Below are positions 61,877-64,000 of a DNA stretch of 64,000 nt, piece by piece. The position numbers and the translations under genes are program-made. Each line of letters begins with the position of its first letter. The stretch's first letter is position 1. A model generated the notes under the pieces. That model saw nothing but the letters and a program-made list of their open reading frames with translations, was not told where the DNA came from and did no database searches. The DNA comes from Octopus vulgaris (Eukaryota), in assembly GCA_951406725.2 (NCBI GenBank), contig OX597819.1, positions 37,944,001-38,008,000 on the forward strand, given 5' to 3'.

Positions 61877-63438
61877 TTCTGCAGTTGTCAGCTTATGTAG
61901 AGGCATGTGGCATAGTTTCTTAGGGTGTTGAACTCATGATCATAAGATTATGGTTTTGATCCCTGGACTGGGCGATGAGTTGTGTTCTTCAGCAGAATGC
62001 TTCATTTCATGTTGCTACAGTTCACTCAGCTTGCGAATGAGTATTCCTATGATAGACTAGCATCCCATCCTGGGGTGTAATATATATGCCATGGAATCCT
62101 GGAAACTGGCCTTATGAGCTTCTGGCCCATGAAGGACCTTTGGTAATTTTGCTTTGAATTAAATAATAACTCTATAATCTACTTATATTAGTATTTTGTA
62201 AACATTTTAATATACATATATGTGTGTGTGTGTGTGTGTGTGTGAGTGTATGTATACTCTTTTACTTGTTTCAGTCATTTGACTGTGGCCATGCTGGAGC
62301 ACCGCCTTTTAGTCGAGCAAATCGACCCTAGGACTCATTTTTTGTAAGCCTAGTACTTATTTTATCAGTCTCTTTTTGCTGAACCACTAAGTTATGGGGA
62401 CATAAACACACCAGCATCGGTTGTCAAGTGATGTTGGGGGGACAAACACAGACACAAACATATGCACACACACATACACATATATACATATATATACAAC
62501 AGGCTTCTTTCAGTTTCCATCTACCAAATCCACTCACAAGGCTTTGATCGGCCTGAGTCTATAGTAGAAGACACTTGCCCAAGGTGCCACACAGTGGGAC
62601 TGAACCCAGAACCATGTGGTTTGTAAGCAGGTTACTTACTACACTGCCACTCCTACGCCTACATATATATATATATATATATATGATCGTAGTTTCAATC
62701 CTAGACTTAATGATGTACCAGAATCAGTATCAGTATTAGCAGTAGTAAGTATGCATATATGCATACATTTGCATGTGTGTGTGTGTAAGTCTTCATCATC
62801 AATTTGCAGCAGCTTTTCATACTGTGATCTTGCAGTTGCTGATGTTATATAAAAATTCTTCAAGTCAGTGCCCCAGCATGGCCACAGTCTAGTGACTGAA
62901 ACAAGTAAAAGATTAAAGATAAAGGTGTATCAAAAAGGATGAAAGGTCCTTCCCGAGCCACAGGTTCATAAGGCTGGTTTTCAGGATTCTGTGATTTATA
63001 CATTACCCACCTGGAAGGGAAGCCTGTCAATCGGCAGGATTATTCATTTTTTCCATTGAATGGATGGGAGCAATGTGAAATGAAGTGTTTTGCTCAAGAA
63101 TACAATGCATCATTAAGTCCAGGGATTGAAACCACAATCTTGTGATCATGAGTATGATACCCTAACTACTAAGCCTTGAACCTCCTCATATACATATTTA
63201 CACACACACACATGCATGTATGTATAAATATATTGTGTATATCCATATATTACGCCTTACCATCCTTATGTAATGTGATATGACATGGTCAAGCATCTCA
63301 TCTACAGCAAGCAATCTGTGGCCGTCTCTTCTCTCATACTTTAACCTCTCAACACCTAGCATAAAGCTACTTCCCACTCTACAGTACTCTCATCCAATCT
63401 GACTTACACACAAGGCCAGCAATGTAAAGTGATAGGAG

Positions 63439-63703
63439 CTGTTTGTTCCTTCTCGAGCCATCCCTGGCTCTTAAGGGCTGGTTTCCCTGGTCCATTACAG
63501 GTGAGCTGCAAGATGCAGGAGGAAAGAGTGAGAGAAAGTTGTGGCGAAAGAGTCAGCAGAAGTTTCGCCATTACCTTCTGCCAGAGCTGCGTGGAGCTTA
63601 GGTGTTTCGCTCATAAACACACACATCATCCGGTCTGAGATTCGAACCCGCGATTTGGCGACCACGAGTCCACTACTCTAACCACTAGGCCATGTGCCTC
63701 CAC
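63439..63703 (-). mobile_element. tRNA-derived SINE with 14 bp TSD
   Basis: TSD TAAAGTGATAGGAG at 63425-63438 and 63704-63717; head GTGGAGGCACATGGCCTAGTGGTTAGAGTAGTGGACTC. Confidence 0.85.
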
Positions 63704-64000
63704 TAAAGTGATAGGAGTTAATCAATACTATCAGTTCTTGGCTGCATTACCCAACTCTTCGTCTGATGTCACTTTTTGTCCAACATTACTTCGTCCACAC
63801 CTTTTGGTCTGACGTCTTTTTGTCTGATGATGTTTTGTCTAACAACGTTTTGTCCAATTTTAAATAAACTCTTTAGAAAACAAGTTTAGAAAATATCGAA
63901 ACCAAATAATCATTGAGAATCTTATTGATAGGATTCAAGTAAAATACTGTGGAAAAATGTATTTGAAAAAAAAGTCATTTTAAAAAAGTAATATGATATA

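Noticed and set aside
63780-63860. About 15 bp repeats (ttttgtct..) near the window end
   Set aside because: Resemble DNA-transposon subterminal repeats but are too degenerate and lack a partner end within the window.

Overview
Eukaryotic, AT-rich, microsatellite- and transposon-dense DNA. The SINE and RTE families look like those of an octopus (cephalopod); this is inference from recalled repeat families. Most ORFs in the supplied track are microsatellite noise or decayed transposon fragments. By reading splice sites I reconstructed a + strand coiled-coil protein gene with 11 phase-compatible coding exons between 4681 and 42539 (about 404 codons in the window, N-terminus probably upstream). 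One of its introns needs a GC-AG donor. Introns and flanks hold decayed RTE, CR1 and R4/NeSL-type LINEs, mariner, Tc1, piggyBac and Helitron relics, MITEs and several tRNA-derived SINE families. Most notable: (1) a full-length U6 snRNA retrocopy fused directly to the 3' end of an RTE LINE (41215-41448), structurally like mammalian U6/L1 chimeras; (2) several short repeats with minimal type I hammerhead ribozyme cores, one behind a tRNA-derived head; (3) many local fold-back inverted duplications made from unrelated sequences, several inside the gene's transcription unit.
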